From NCBI GenBank assembly GCA_017987115.1, contig JAGNUG010000003.1, positions 319-64,318 on the forward strand: a stretch of DNA of 64,000 nt. The letters are read 5' to 3'. The stretch is from Flavobacteriales bacterium. Lineage in GTDB: Bacteria > Bacteroidota > Bacteroidia > Flavobacteriales_F > PHOS-HE28. The notes under the pieces are model-generated. The model made no database searches. It worked only from the letters and a program-made list of their open reading frames with translations, and was not told the DNA's origin. Each line of letters begins with the position of its first letter. Positions within the stretch are counted from its first letter, which is position 1. The position numbers were made by a program, and so were the translations under genes. Below, piece by piece: positions 52,784-61,352 of this stretch.

Positions 52784-53689
52784 CTACTGAATATCGTCAT
52801 CGGTGATCATTGCATCACCAGCATATCGTCCACCTTTGAACACTTCGATACGGGTCAGGATCCCATTGTGGTCATATGTATACCGTTTGCCATCCGACAG
52901 TCTACCCTTCCGGAATTCTCCTTGTTGAGAGATCTTAAGCTGTCTGTTGTAGAGTGTATTGTATCCGTTTTCATTGAAGCGCACTGCGTTTGGTTTTTCT
53001 TCCGCTGTAACAGCAGGTGCCATTGGTGCTGTTGCATCCACCTTCACTTCCTCAGCTTTAGGCGCTGGTTTGATGTATTTGCTATTGGCTTCATTGATCA
53101 CACCGTTATTGAACTGGGCGATCTGCTGAACTTCACCATTCTCCGAATAGCGCTTCAGGAATCCATCTTCACGGCCTTCTTTTACATTCACGTGTACCGC
53201 CAGCTTACCGTTGTCATGATAATATTTCTGCTCTCCGTCACGAACTCCATGATCATTGAACACGAAATCCTGGGCCAATTTCCCATTGGGATGATACCGT
53301 AGAAATTTACCCGTGTTCCGATCCAGGTCCCAAGCTCCTTGTTCCTCTACTTTCCCATTCGGATAATAGGTCTTGTAATCGCCACGCGGCCTTCCCATCT
53401 GGTAGGTGATCTCGCTCATGGGTTTTCCATTCGGCCAATATCGACGCCATACACCAATCCGTTTGCTATTCGCGTATGTACCTTCTTCCACCAATGCACC
53501 ATCTGCATATCCGGGTTTTTCGGTCGCTGGCGCAATGAACCGCCAATGCCCCTGTTTGCGGCCCATTTCATCTACACGGTTCAGGGTGTCCATCGACGAG
53601 CCAGCGTTGGCCTGAGCACAAGCCGAGTGTCCGAAGCTCAACTGGACAATGCATATGGCAGTTAGTACGGAAAATAGATATCGGTTCAT
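52784..53689 (-). CDS. secreted MORN-variant (YwqK-family) repeat protein
   Basis: From the ATG at 53689 the signal peptide reads ...SFGHSACA|QANAG. It has repeated Y[YH]xNGK[LPV]xxxxxY units: YWPNGKPMSEITY, YYPNGKVEEQGAW, YHPNGKLAQDFVF, YYHDNGKLAVHVN and YSENGEVQQIAQF. Confidence 0.7.
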   Translation of the reverse strand: MNRYLFSVLTAICIVQLSFGHSACAQANAGSSMDTLNRVDEMGRKQGHWRFIAPATEKPGYADGALVEEGTYANSKRIGVWRRYWPNGKPMSEITYQMGRPRGDYKTYYPNGKVEEQGAWDLDRNTGKFLRYHPNGKLAQDFVFNDHGVRDGEQKYYHDNGKLAVHVNVKEGREDGFLKRYSENGEVQQIAQFNNGVINEANSKYIKPAPKAEEVKVDATAPMAPAVTAEEKPNAVRFNENGYNTLYNRQLKISQQGEFRKGRLSDGKRYTYDHNGILTRIEVFKGGRYAGDAMITDDDIQ

Positions 53690-53806
53690 CTGTGCTTCTT
53701 GTTCGCATTGCGAAACGAGATCCATGCGAAAAGGTTACAAGACCCGGATCAATGGACCCCCAACTTGAAGCATTTGTGAGCCCGACCTAGAGCAACGGTA
53801 GGGCAC

Positions 53807-54757
53807 CTATTCCGCGAGCTGCCGCCTCAAATTCAGCATCATATCATCCACCATCGACCTTAGATCGAATTGTGGTTCCCAACCCCAATCGGCCTTTGCT
53901 GCACTGTCGTCTATGCTTCGTGGCCAGCTATCCGCAATGGCTTGGCGACTATCCGGGGCGTAACTTATCTCGAATTCAGGAATGTGACGTTTCACCTCCA
54001 ATGCGATCTCTTTAGGATCGAAGCTCACACCCGCCAAATTATAACTCGTTCGTTCCTTGACCTTTTCCGATGGAGCCTCCATGATGTCGATCGTAGCGCG
54101 GATGGCATCCGGCATGTACATCATCGGCAACGCGGTATCCGGACCTAAGAAACTTGTGTATTTACCCGTTCTGATCGCTTCGTGGAAAATGTGTACCGCA
54201 TAATCCGTGGTACCGCCTCCAGGTGCGCTTTTCCAACCGATGAGTCCGGGATACCGGATGCTTCGGACATCAACGCCATAGCGCTTGTGGTAATACGCAC
54301 ACCATTGTTCCCCGCTTTGCTTGCTAATTCCATAAACAGTGCTGGGTTCCGCGATGGTGTGCTGCGGTGTTCCATCCTTTGGCGTAGTAGGACCAAAAAC
54401 CGCAATGCTACTGGGCCAATACACTTTCTTCAACTTGCCTTCACGTGCCAATTCGAGAATGATGAACAGGCTCTCCATATTCAACTGCCAAGCAAACGCT
54501 GGGTCCTTTTCGGCGGTTGCGCTCAGGAGTGCTGCCAAGAGATAGACCTCGGTGATCCCATATTTATCAATAACACGCTCGATCCCTCGACGGTCCATGG
54601 CATTGACCATGGCAAACGGTCCCGTTTGTGTGACCTGCGGCTCTTTGATATCCGAAGCTACGACGTTCTCATCTCCGAAGCGGGCGCGCAGCCCCTCAAC
54701 CAGTTCAGTACCAATTTGGCCACTTGAGCCGATGACAAGAATTCGTTTTGTAGACAT
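53807..54757 (-). CDS. NAD-dependent epimerase/dehydratase-fold enzyme, likely GalE-like L-threonine 3-dehydrogenase
   Basis: The product has ILVIGSSGQIGTELV, a YGISK catalytic Tyr-x3-Lys, and IRYPGLI. At about 316 aa it resembles the short-chain TDH family. No kbl partner gene is present in the window. Confidence 0.65.
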   Translation of the reverse strand: MSTKRILVIGSSGQIGTELVEGLRARFGDENVVASDIKEPQVTQTGPFAMVNAMDRRGIERVIDKYGITEVYLLAALLSATAEKDPAFAWQLNMESLFIILELAREGKLKKVYWPSSIAVFGPTTPKDGTPQHTIAEPSTVYGISKQSGEQWCAYYHKRYGVDVRSIRYPGLIGWKSAPGGGTTDYAVHIFHEAIRTGKYTSFLGPDTALPMMYMPDAIRATIDIMEAPSEKVKERTSYNLAGVSFDPKEIALEVKRHIPEFEISYAPDSRQAIADSWPRSIDDSAAKADWGWEPQFDLRSMVDDMMLNLRRQLAE

Positions 54758-54828
54758 ATTTCGCACAATATGGTGACGAAAGTAGCCATCTGAACCAACA
54801 ATTCACCTCAATGGCCACAGGGCTTTAT

Positions 54829-54836
54829 TATCTTTG
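54829..54836 (+). promoter_or_regulatory. candidate -7 box (TAtcTTTG) for trhO, overlapping the ORF-track TTG start
   Basis: This is an exact TAnnTTTG match in the 76-nt divergent intergenic region between the TDH-like gene and trhO. Confidence 0.3.
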
Positions 54837-55949
54837 CATAACTTGAAAAAGCTTCAAAATACCCTATCAGCGGAAAAGTTGAAACACCTTTTGGAATCAG
54901 AAGGAACGCCGCGTACTACCCTTTCATTTTACCGGTATGTTCATCTAACGGAACCGCAAGACCTGAGGAATGCTTTGTATCCAGAGTGGGAAGAATTAGC
55001 TGTATTGGGCAGGATCTATTTGGCGAATGAAGGAGTTAACGCGCAGCTCAGCCTTCCCACAGCAAATTTGAAGGCTTTTCGTAATGCGATCGATGAACGT
55101 AGCGAGTTCAAGGATGTTCCTTTCAAGATCGCGGTCGAGGACGATGGTTTCAGCTTTCTGAAGCTTACGATCAAAGTGCGACCGAAACTGGTGGCCGACG
55201 GTCTGGCCGATGATGCTTTTGACACCACCAATGTTGGTGAACACCTCGACGCAAAGGCCTTCAACCAAAAGATGGAGGCCGGCGCTACCGTGGTGGATAT
55301 GCGCAACAACTACGAGGCAATGATCGGACATTTCGAAGGTGCGCTGCTACCCAAAAGCGATACCTTTCGTGGAGCATTGGAGGAAATGCTGGATGTGCTG
55401 AAGAACAAGAAGGAAGAACCGCTCCTTATGTATTGCACTGGAGGTATCCGTTGCGAAAAAGCCAGCGCTTGGTTCCGTCACCACGGATATACCAATGTTG
55501 GACAATTGCATGGTGGTATAATCGATTATGCGCGGCAAGTGAAAGCTGAAAAGCTGCCGAATAAATACAGAGGCCAGAATTTCGTGTTCGACGGCCGCCT
55601 AGCGGAACGGATCTCTGAAGACGTGGTCAGCAATTGTATGCAATGCGGTGTACCGAACGACCGGATCACCAATTGCCAAATGGCAACGTGCAATCTTTTG
55701 TTGGTGCAATGTGAAAGCTGTGCATCTGAATACGCGAATTGCTGCTCGCCGAGCTGTAGAGAAATACACTTGCTTCCGGAAGACATACAGCGCGAGTGGC
55801 GGAAGGGACGCCCAAGTGAAAGTGCAAAGAGCAAGGCAATTACTGACCCTGAAGCACTAAGGGACCGCATCACCTGCGAAAAGGATCTCTTGAACAAGAA
55901 TGGAACCCTTCATCCTGAACTGAGAACTATCAGCGCCTTGATCAAGTAA
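54834..55949 (+). CDS. trhO: rhodanese-domain tRNA uridine(34) hydroxylase (YceA/TrhO, UPF0176)
   Basis: The N-terminus LSAEKLKHLLESEGTPRTTLSFYRYVHL...GRIYLANEGVNAQ parallels E. coli YceA. The rhodanese active-site loop is CTGGIRCEKA. There is a Cys-rich C-terminal extension. The start codon is uncertain (TTG, no nearby ATG). Confidence 0.8.
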   Translation: MHNLKKLQNTLSAEKLKHLLESEGTPRTTLSFYRYVHLTEPQDLRNALYPEWEELAVLGRIYLANEGVNAQLSLPTANLKAFRNAIDERSEFKDVPFKIAVEDDGFSFLKLTIKVRPKLVADGLADDAFDTTNVGEHLDAKAFNQKMEAGATVVDMRNNYEAMIGHFEGALLPKSDTFRGALEEMLDVLKNKKEEPLLMYCTGGIRCEKASAWFRHHGYTNVGQLHGGIIDYARQVKAEKLPNKYRGQNFVFDGRLAERISEDVVSNCMQCGVPNDRITNCQMATCNLLLVQCESCASEYANCCSPSCREIHLLPEDIQREWRKGRPSESAKSKAITDPEALRDRITCEKDLLNKNGTLHPELRTISALIK

Positions 55950-55986
55950 AGGAACGACCTTAGCGGCCACAACGCCATCCAACGAA

Positions 55987-57144
55987 ATGCCCATCTACCA
56001 CACTCTCGGCAAGATCCCACATAAGCGGCACACCGTTTTCAAGAACGGAAAAGACCGCTATTTCTACGAGCAACTTTTTGGAACGATCGGATTCGATGGA
56101 ATGAGTTCTCTGCTCTACCATACGCACCGTCCCACGCAGGTCAAAGCATTGAAAATTCCGAAAGATGTTACTCCGAAGATCGCGTTGGAGAAGAACATGC
56201 GGTCGCTGCGGTTGCACGGTTTCAAGACGACTCCGGCTAAAGACCATTTGGATGCCCGCAAAGCGATATTGGTGAACAGCGATTGTGCTATCGTGCTCGC
56301 TGCGCCTCAAGCGAAAAAAGTAGACTATTTCTACAAGAATGCAGATTGTGACGAGATGATCTTTGTCCACAAGGGCACAGGCACGCTACGAACACTTTTG
56401 GGTAACTTGGATTTCAAATACGGCGACTACTTGATGGTCCCACGAGGGATGATCTATACCATGGAATTCAACGACAGCGACAACCGCTTGTTCATTGTTG
56501 AAAGCCACCGGCCGATGTACACACCGAAACGGTATCGCAACCATTTCGGACAGTTATTGGAGCACAGTCCTTTCTGCGAACGTGATATCCGCAGACCAAA
56601 AAAACTGGAGACACATGATGAGAAAGGCAACTTCATCATTAAAGTGAAGAAACAAGGACTTTTGCACGAGTTCACTTATGCTACACATCCGTTCGATGTT
56701 GTGGGTTGGGATGGGTACAACTACCCCTACGCCTTCAGCATACACGACTTTGAACCGATCACCGGTCGCGTACACCAACCACCACCTGTGCACCAAACGT
56801 TCGAGACCGATGCTTTCGTGGTATGCAGTTTCTGCCCGCGTTTGTATGATTACCATCCGCAAGCTGTTCCAGCACCATACAACCACAGCAACATCGATAG
56901 TGATGAAGTGCTGTACTATGTTGATGGCGATTTCATGAGCCGCAACGATGTTGGTCCAGGTCATATCAGCTTGCACCCGGCCGGTATTCCGCACGGACCA
57001 CACCCCGGAGCTATGGAACGCAGCATCGGCAAAAAAGTAACCGACGAACTTGCCGTTATGGTGGATACCTTTAAGCCTCTCATGGTGACTGAAGAAGCCA
57101 TGAAGATCGACGATGGAAAGTATTGGAAATCATGGTTAGAGTGA
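55987..57144 (+). CDS. hmgA: homogentisate 1,2-dioxygenase
   Basis: The N-terminus MPIYHTLGKIPHKRHT..., the 385-aa Bacteroidota-type length, the motifs HPFDVVGWDGY and SLHPAGIPHGPHP, and adjacency to hppD all support the call. Confidence 0.85.
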   Translation: MPIYHTLGKIPHKRHTVFKNGKDRYFYEQLFGTIGFDGMSSLLYHTHRPTQVKALKIPKDVTPKIALEKNMRSLRLHGFKTTPAKDHLDARKAILVNSDCAIVLAAPQAKKVDYFYKNADCDEMIFVHKGTGTLRTLLGNLDFKYGDYLMVPRGMIYTMEFNDSDNRLFIVESHRPMYTPKRYRNHFGQLLEHSPFCERDIRRPKKLETHDEKGNFIIKVKKQGLLHEFTYATHPFDVVGWDGYNYPYAFSIHDFEPITGRVHQPPPVHQTFETDAFVVCSFCPRLYDYHPQAVPAPYNHSNIDSDEVLYYVDGDFMSRNDVGPGHISLHPAGIPHGPHPGAMERSIGKKVTDELAVMVDTFKPLMVTEEAMKIDDGKYWKSWLE

Positions 57145-57177
57145 TTGACTAAGCTTCAACCATAAATACAGACGAAA

Positions 57178-58317
57178 ATGAGCATCGAAAGTGCAACACC
57201 AGACCTTAAAAAAATAGTCGACGGAGCAGCCGACTTCCTCCCTCTGCTCGGCACCGACTACATCGAACTATATGTAGGTAACGCCAAGCAAAGCGCGCAC
57301 TATTACAAAACCGCTTTTGGGTTCCAAAGCATGGCATATGCTGGATTGGAGACCGGCGTAAAAGACCGTACCAGCTACGTGCTGGAGCAGGACAAGATCC
57401 GCTTGGTGCTTACCACGCCACTCACACAGGACAACCCGATCAACGAGCATTTGCGCGTGCACGGCGATGGCGTGAAAGTGATCGCGTTGTGGGTGGATGA
57501 TGCGCGAAAAGCATTCGCGGAAACGACCAAGCGTGGTGCTGTGCCATTCATGGAACCCACTGTTGAAAAAGACGCCGATGGTGAGGTCGTGAAAAGCGGG
57601 ATCAAGCTCTACGGCGATGTATTACACATTTTCATTGAGCGCAAGAATTACCGCGGTACATTTCTTCCCGGGTTCAAAGCATGGAAGAGTGACTACAACC
57701 CTACATCCACTGGCATCAAATACGTTGACCACATGGTGGCGAACGTTGGCTGGAACCAGATGAACAAGTGGGTGAAGTTCTACGAAGAAGTGATGGGCTT
57801 CGCGAACGTGCTCAGCTTTGATGACAAGGACATCAGCACCGAGTACAGCGCGCTAATGAGCAAGGTGATGAGCAATGGCAATGGCCGCATCAAATTCCCG
57901 ATCAATGAACCAGCTAAAGGCAAAAAGAAAAGTCAGGTCGAAGAGTATCTGGATTTCTACAATGGCGAAGGCGTCCAGCACATCGCGGTTGCTACGGATG
58001 ATATCGTAAAGACGGTCCGTGACCTGATAAGCCGTGGCGTGGAATTCCTGAAAGTGCCTTCCTCCTACTATGAAGGCCTATTGGATCGCGTTGGACCGAT
58101 CGATGAAGACCTTGAACCCTTAGCTGAACTGGGCATCCTTATTGATCGCGATGATGAAGGTTACCTCTTGCAACTCTTCACCAAACCAGTAGAGGATCGC
58201 CCAACGATGTTCTTCGAGATCATTCAGCGCAAGGGCGCGAAGAGCTTTGGCAAAGGGAACTTTAAAGCGCTATTCGAGGCTATTGAGCGGGAGCAGGAGA
58301 GCCGAGGGACGTTGTGA
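57178..58317 (+). CDS. hppD: 4-hydroxyphenylpyruvate dioxygenase
   Basis: The product has two VOC-fold halves, with GVQHIAVATDDI, GYLLQLFTKP, FFEIIQRKGAKSFGKGNFKALFEAIEREQ. Confidence 0.95.
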   Translation: MSIESATPDLKKIVDGAADFLPLLGTDYIELYVGNAKQSAHYYKTAFGFQSMAYAGLETGVKDRTSYVLEQDKIRLVLTTPLTQDNPINEHLRVHGDGVKVIALWVDDARKAFAETTKRGAVPFMEPTVEKDADGEVVKSGIKLYGDVLHIFIERKNYRGTFLPGFKAWKSDYNPTSTGIKYVDHMVANVGWNQMNKWVKFYEEVMGFANVLSFDDKDISTEYSALMSKVMSNGNGRIKFPINEPAKGKKKSQVEEYLDFYNGEGVQHIAVATDDIVKTVRDLISRGVEFLKVPSSYYEGLLDRVGPIDEDLEPLAELGILIDRDDEGYLLQLFTKPVEDRPTMFFEIIQRKGAKSFGKGNFKALFEAIEREQESRGTL

Positions 58318-58326
58318 AGTTGTAAG

Positions 58327-59862
58327 CTACAATTTGACAACACGCACAAACTGAAGATATTGGGATGTACGGACCGACACGTTGTATTGCCCAACTGCTA
58401 TTCCATCCATCTCAATCCTAATACTTTGACCTCCGTCAGCGAGAGGCGCTTGGTTTAGTATTGTTCTAATGACACGTCCTTGCATGTCCTGAATTTGTAC
58501 CGTCACGAGTTCTGGTCTGGAGAGCGAACACTCCAAGAACACTGATCCATAAGTTGGGTTAGGATAAACGGAGAGTTCCGTGCTATGCGCTACTTCTTCT
58601 TCTTCGACAGAAATAAATAAACCGGATAGGAATCTAGCCACTGTCGGATGTCCACTTATATTTCCGGCAATAAGAACCTTACCATCAGTTTGCAGAATGA
58701 CCGCTCGGGAATGATCATTATGTGGTTCGGTATAATCATGGACGACAGATCCATTCTGGCCAAAGCTGGGATCTAGCTGCCCATTTGGAAACAGCCTGAT
58801 CAATGCCACAGAATAGACCCCTACCCCTGTTTGGGTATTTCCTGTGATCAAGAACTTACCGTCAGGCTGAAGCACAAGATCAGTTGCATTGTCATCCAAA
58901 GCAGATATTGAGATGGTGCTCAAGCCGTCAACTCCAAACGTATTGTCCAACCATCCGTCTGCATGAAACCGAGCTATGAACATATTATAATTCGGATAGT
59001 AATCCGTTGATCCCACGATTACGATCTTCCCGTCGTTCTGTATTGCAACCGAGCTAGCCATGTCATCGCCAAGACTTAGATCCAAAGTGGCATACCCCGA
59101 TGCGCCAAAGGCCTGGTCCAAATTTCCATTTGGAAGAACTCGAGCCAAAACAACATTGTATTGACCGGATCCGCCAAAACCTGTTACAACGATTTCACCA
59201 TCATCTTGTAAGGCCATACTCGTAAGAACATTAAACCCGGAAAATGATTGAAAGGTCATTAAGCCATCCGCATGAAAAGTGCTGTCCGGTGTTCCGTCCG
59301 GCAGATAGCGAAACACTGCCATTTTCCATTCTTGATCGCCTGCCAATAAAATCGCTCCATCATCTTGTATCAGCATTTTGCGCACACTACTGTTGGGGTA
59401 TTGAACTCCGTACGTTACTCCGCCACTTGCATAAGTACTGTCCAATGAGCCGTCAACATTAAATCGAGCCATAGCAATGATCGGAAACGACCCATGGGTT
59501 ACCATTCCAGCCACCATGATCTTGCTATCCGGAAGAATCGCGATCGAAGTGCATTCATCAAAATAAGAATCCAGGTCAGCAGTTGCCTGACCGGAATCTC
59601 CGAATGATGGGTCCAGGCTCCCATCGGGCATAAATCGCAACATGAATACGTCATACCCCAAAGGTGTGAACCAACGACCGGCTATGATAATTCGCCCATC
59701 GTTCTGCACTGCCATTGCCCGGATGGTAGCAAAGTTCGTATCCAAGTCAACGCTCGCTATGCCACCTGCACCGAAGGTGGGATCGAGCATTCCCGGTTGT
59801 GCCAGAACTGAATACGAGAACAGACAAGCTAGTAACAGAGGGAAATAGCAATTACTTAGCAT
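58327..59862 (-). CDS. delta-60-repeat beta-propeller protein with a T9SS type A CTD
   Basis: The signal peptide reads ...YSVLA|QPGML. It has repeated LDP[ST]FG..G......D........QNDG[KR]I[IV][IV]AG units. The CTD reads VYPNPTYGSVFLE...IQDMQGRVI...VGQYNVSV...VRVVKL. Confidence 0.75.
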   Translation of the reverse strand: MLSNCYFPLLLACLFSYSVLAQPGMLDPTFGAGGIASVDLDTNFATIRAMAVQNDGRIIIAGRWFTPLGYDVFMLRFMPDGSLDPSFGDSGQATADLDSYFDECTSIAILPDSKIMVAGMVTHGSFPIIAMARFNVDGSLDSTYASGGVTYGVQYPNSSVRKMLIQDDGAILLAGDQEWKMAVFRYLPDGTPDSTFHADGLMTFQSFSGFNVLTSMALQDDGEIVVTGFGGSGQYNVVLARVLPNGNLDQAFGASGYATLDLSLGDDMASSVAIQNDGKIVIVGSTDYYPNYNMFIARFHADGWLDNTFGVDGLSTISISALDDNATDLVLQPDGKFLITGNTQTGVGVYSVALIRLFPNGQLDPSFGQNGSVVHDYTEPHNDHSRAVILQTDGKVLIAGNISGHPTVARFLSGLFISVEEEEVAHSTELSVYPNPTYGSVFLECSLSRPELVTVQIQDMQGRVIRTILNQAPLADGGQSIRIEMDGIAVGQYNVSVRTSQYLQFVRVVKL

Positions 59863-60007
59863 GTCCTTTTAAAATATCTTATCCAAACGTAATTCACCTA
59901 GAGTCTAAGAATACTGCGATGTAAGGTAAAGGTATCCATGGTTCGAGCAACGGGTGAATGGAAGGCCTTTGGGCAGAAATTGAACATCAGTAAGTTCCAC
60001 AGGCAAC

Positions 60008-60775
60008 TCACTCCACCAAAATCTTCCTCACCCACCGCTTCTTATCGCTCAGCACAGCAACGGTGTAGATCCCGGTTGGCCATTGGTTCAACTTAATGGG
60101 CGTGCCGTTCCATGCGCGTTCCATGCAAAGCTGGCCGAGGCCATCGAAGACATTGATCTGAAGGTTTTCGTTCGTGTTCAATGCGATCGTCGTGCCATCC
60201 AGCTCTTGCCGAACGGTGATCGGGTCTGCTTGACCGTGATCTTCGACTCCGGTGGTCAGGCATCCGTTAACGAATTGCCCGAACTCTGATTCAGTCATGC
60301 TCTCGGAAACTCCCTCGGTCATTAACGGACCTGAGACAAGACCGTTGCTGTAGTTCAGCCAATAGATACCACAGATGGATAATTGATAATCCTCCGGTTG
60401 CTCCAATTGTGTTCCGCATCCCCAGTTCCCGGAGAGGTCTGTTTGTTGGACACCCCATACCACTGTGTCGCCAATTGCAAGTCCATCGACATACCAGCGA
60501 CATAGTAAACCACAATCACCCCAAACACGGATCACTTGATCATCTTCCAGCTCACCGGAATATGAACGGACCACTTTCATGTCCGCGCCGTATCCGACAT
60601 CGGCCAACTTAACCACCAACACTACAGCGTCCGGGACCCACCATTCCGGCTGTTCGTAAGGCGGATACAGGGTTTCACAAAAGGTCTGCGGACCGAAACA
60701 CGAACAAGCAAATGTGCTTGCATGGAACAACAGGCCAACCACAAAGGCCAAGGAGAATTTTGCTACGGTGTGCAT
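60008..60775 (-). CDS. small T9SS type A cargo protein with a TIMP/NTR-like N-terminal CxC motif (hypothetical)
   Basis: From the ATG at 60775 the product reads MHTVAKFSLAFVVGLLFHASTFA|CSCFGPQTFCE...DAVVLVVK...WGDCGLLC.... The C-terminus reads INVFDGLGQL...WPTGIYTVAVLSDKKRWVRKILVE (CTD-like). The ORF-track start at 60874 would overlap the divergent gene. Confidence 0.55.
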   Translation of the reverse strand: MHTVAKFSLAFVVGLLFHASTFACSCFGPQTFCETLYPPYEQPEWWVPDAVVLVVKLADVGYGADMKVVRSYSGELEDDQVIRVWGDCGLLCRWYVDGLAIGDTVVWGVQQTDLSGNWGCGTQLEQPEDYQLSICGIYWLNYSNGLVSGPLMTEGVSESMTESEFGQFVNGCLTTGVEDHGQADPITVRQELDGTTIALNTNENLQINVFDGLGQLCMERAWNGTPIKLNQWPTGIYTVAVLSDKKRWVRKILVE

Positions 60776-60864
60776 ATCATCAAGACATGTTGAACGGCAA
60801 TTCCGTTGCCCTAGAGGACTGATCTCCAGCAAATCATGTGAGACAATGTTACCTTTGCCGTTCA

Positions 60865-61281
60865 ATGCGATCAACTCTTACAATTTGGTTCCGTATCGGC
60901 TTGGGCATCCTGCTTATCGGCTTCCTATCTGCTACTTCCTGCAACCGGGATGATGATGGGCCAGTAGTGAACCCAACGATCAATTTCGTTATGGATTCCG
61001 GGTATACCTACCAGAACGACACCTTGCCATTGTCCGATACGTTGAAGGTCGGCGTGATCATTCAAGAAGGGAATGAAAATCTACGGACCTTTCTGGTCCG
61101 CTCCGTTTATGATCAGCAACAACCTGTAATTACCGACAGTCTTCCGGTCGGTTCTGACACTTTTGAGTTTGAAAAGCAGATCATTCTCCGTGATGTTGCG
61201 GGTACCGAGCGATGGAGCTTTGGAGTGGAGGAGAATGATGGTGACCGGATCTGGCGTCAACTTGTATTCGTTGTGCAGTAA
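60865..61281 (+). CDS. small lipoprotein (hypothetical, 138 aa)
   Basis: From the ATG at 60865 the product reads MRSTLTIWFRIGLGILLIGFLSATSC|NRDDDG, a lipobox. The body is beta-rich. Confidence 0.5.
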   Translation: MRSTLTIWFRIGLGILLIGFLSATSCNRDDDGPVVNPTINFVMDSGYTYQNDTLPLSDTLKVGVIIQEGNENLRTFLVRSVYDQQQPVITDSLPVGSDTFEFEKQIILRDVAGTERWSFGVEENDGDRIWRQLVFVVQ

Positions 61282-61352
61282 TTGCCCTTGGTTCACTGGC
61301 TTCCGGTAAATTCGCGCCCCAAGGCAAATAAGTGCCTTTTTCGAGCACCCGT

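Noticed and set aside
52784-53689. The YwqK-family 'antitoxin' annotation as a hint of a toxin-antitoxin or polymorphic toxin system.
   Set aside because: The protein has a cleavable signal peptide and is flanked by a terminator and unrelated metabolic genes. No toxin-like partner is adjacent. It is better described simply as a secreted MORN-variant repeat protein.
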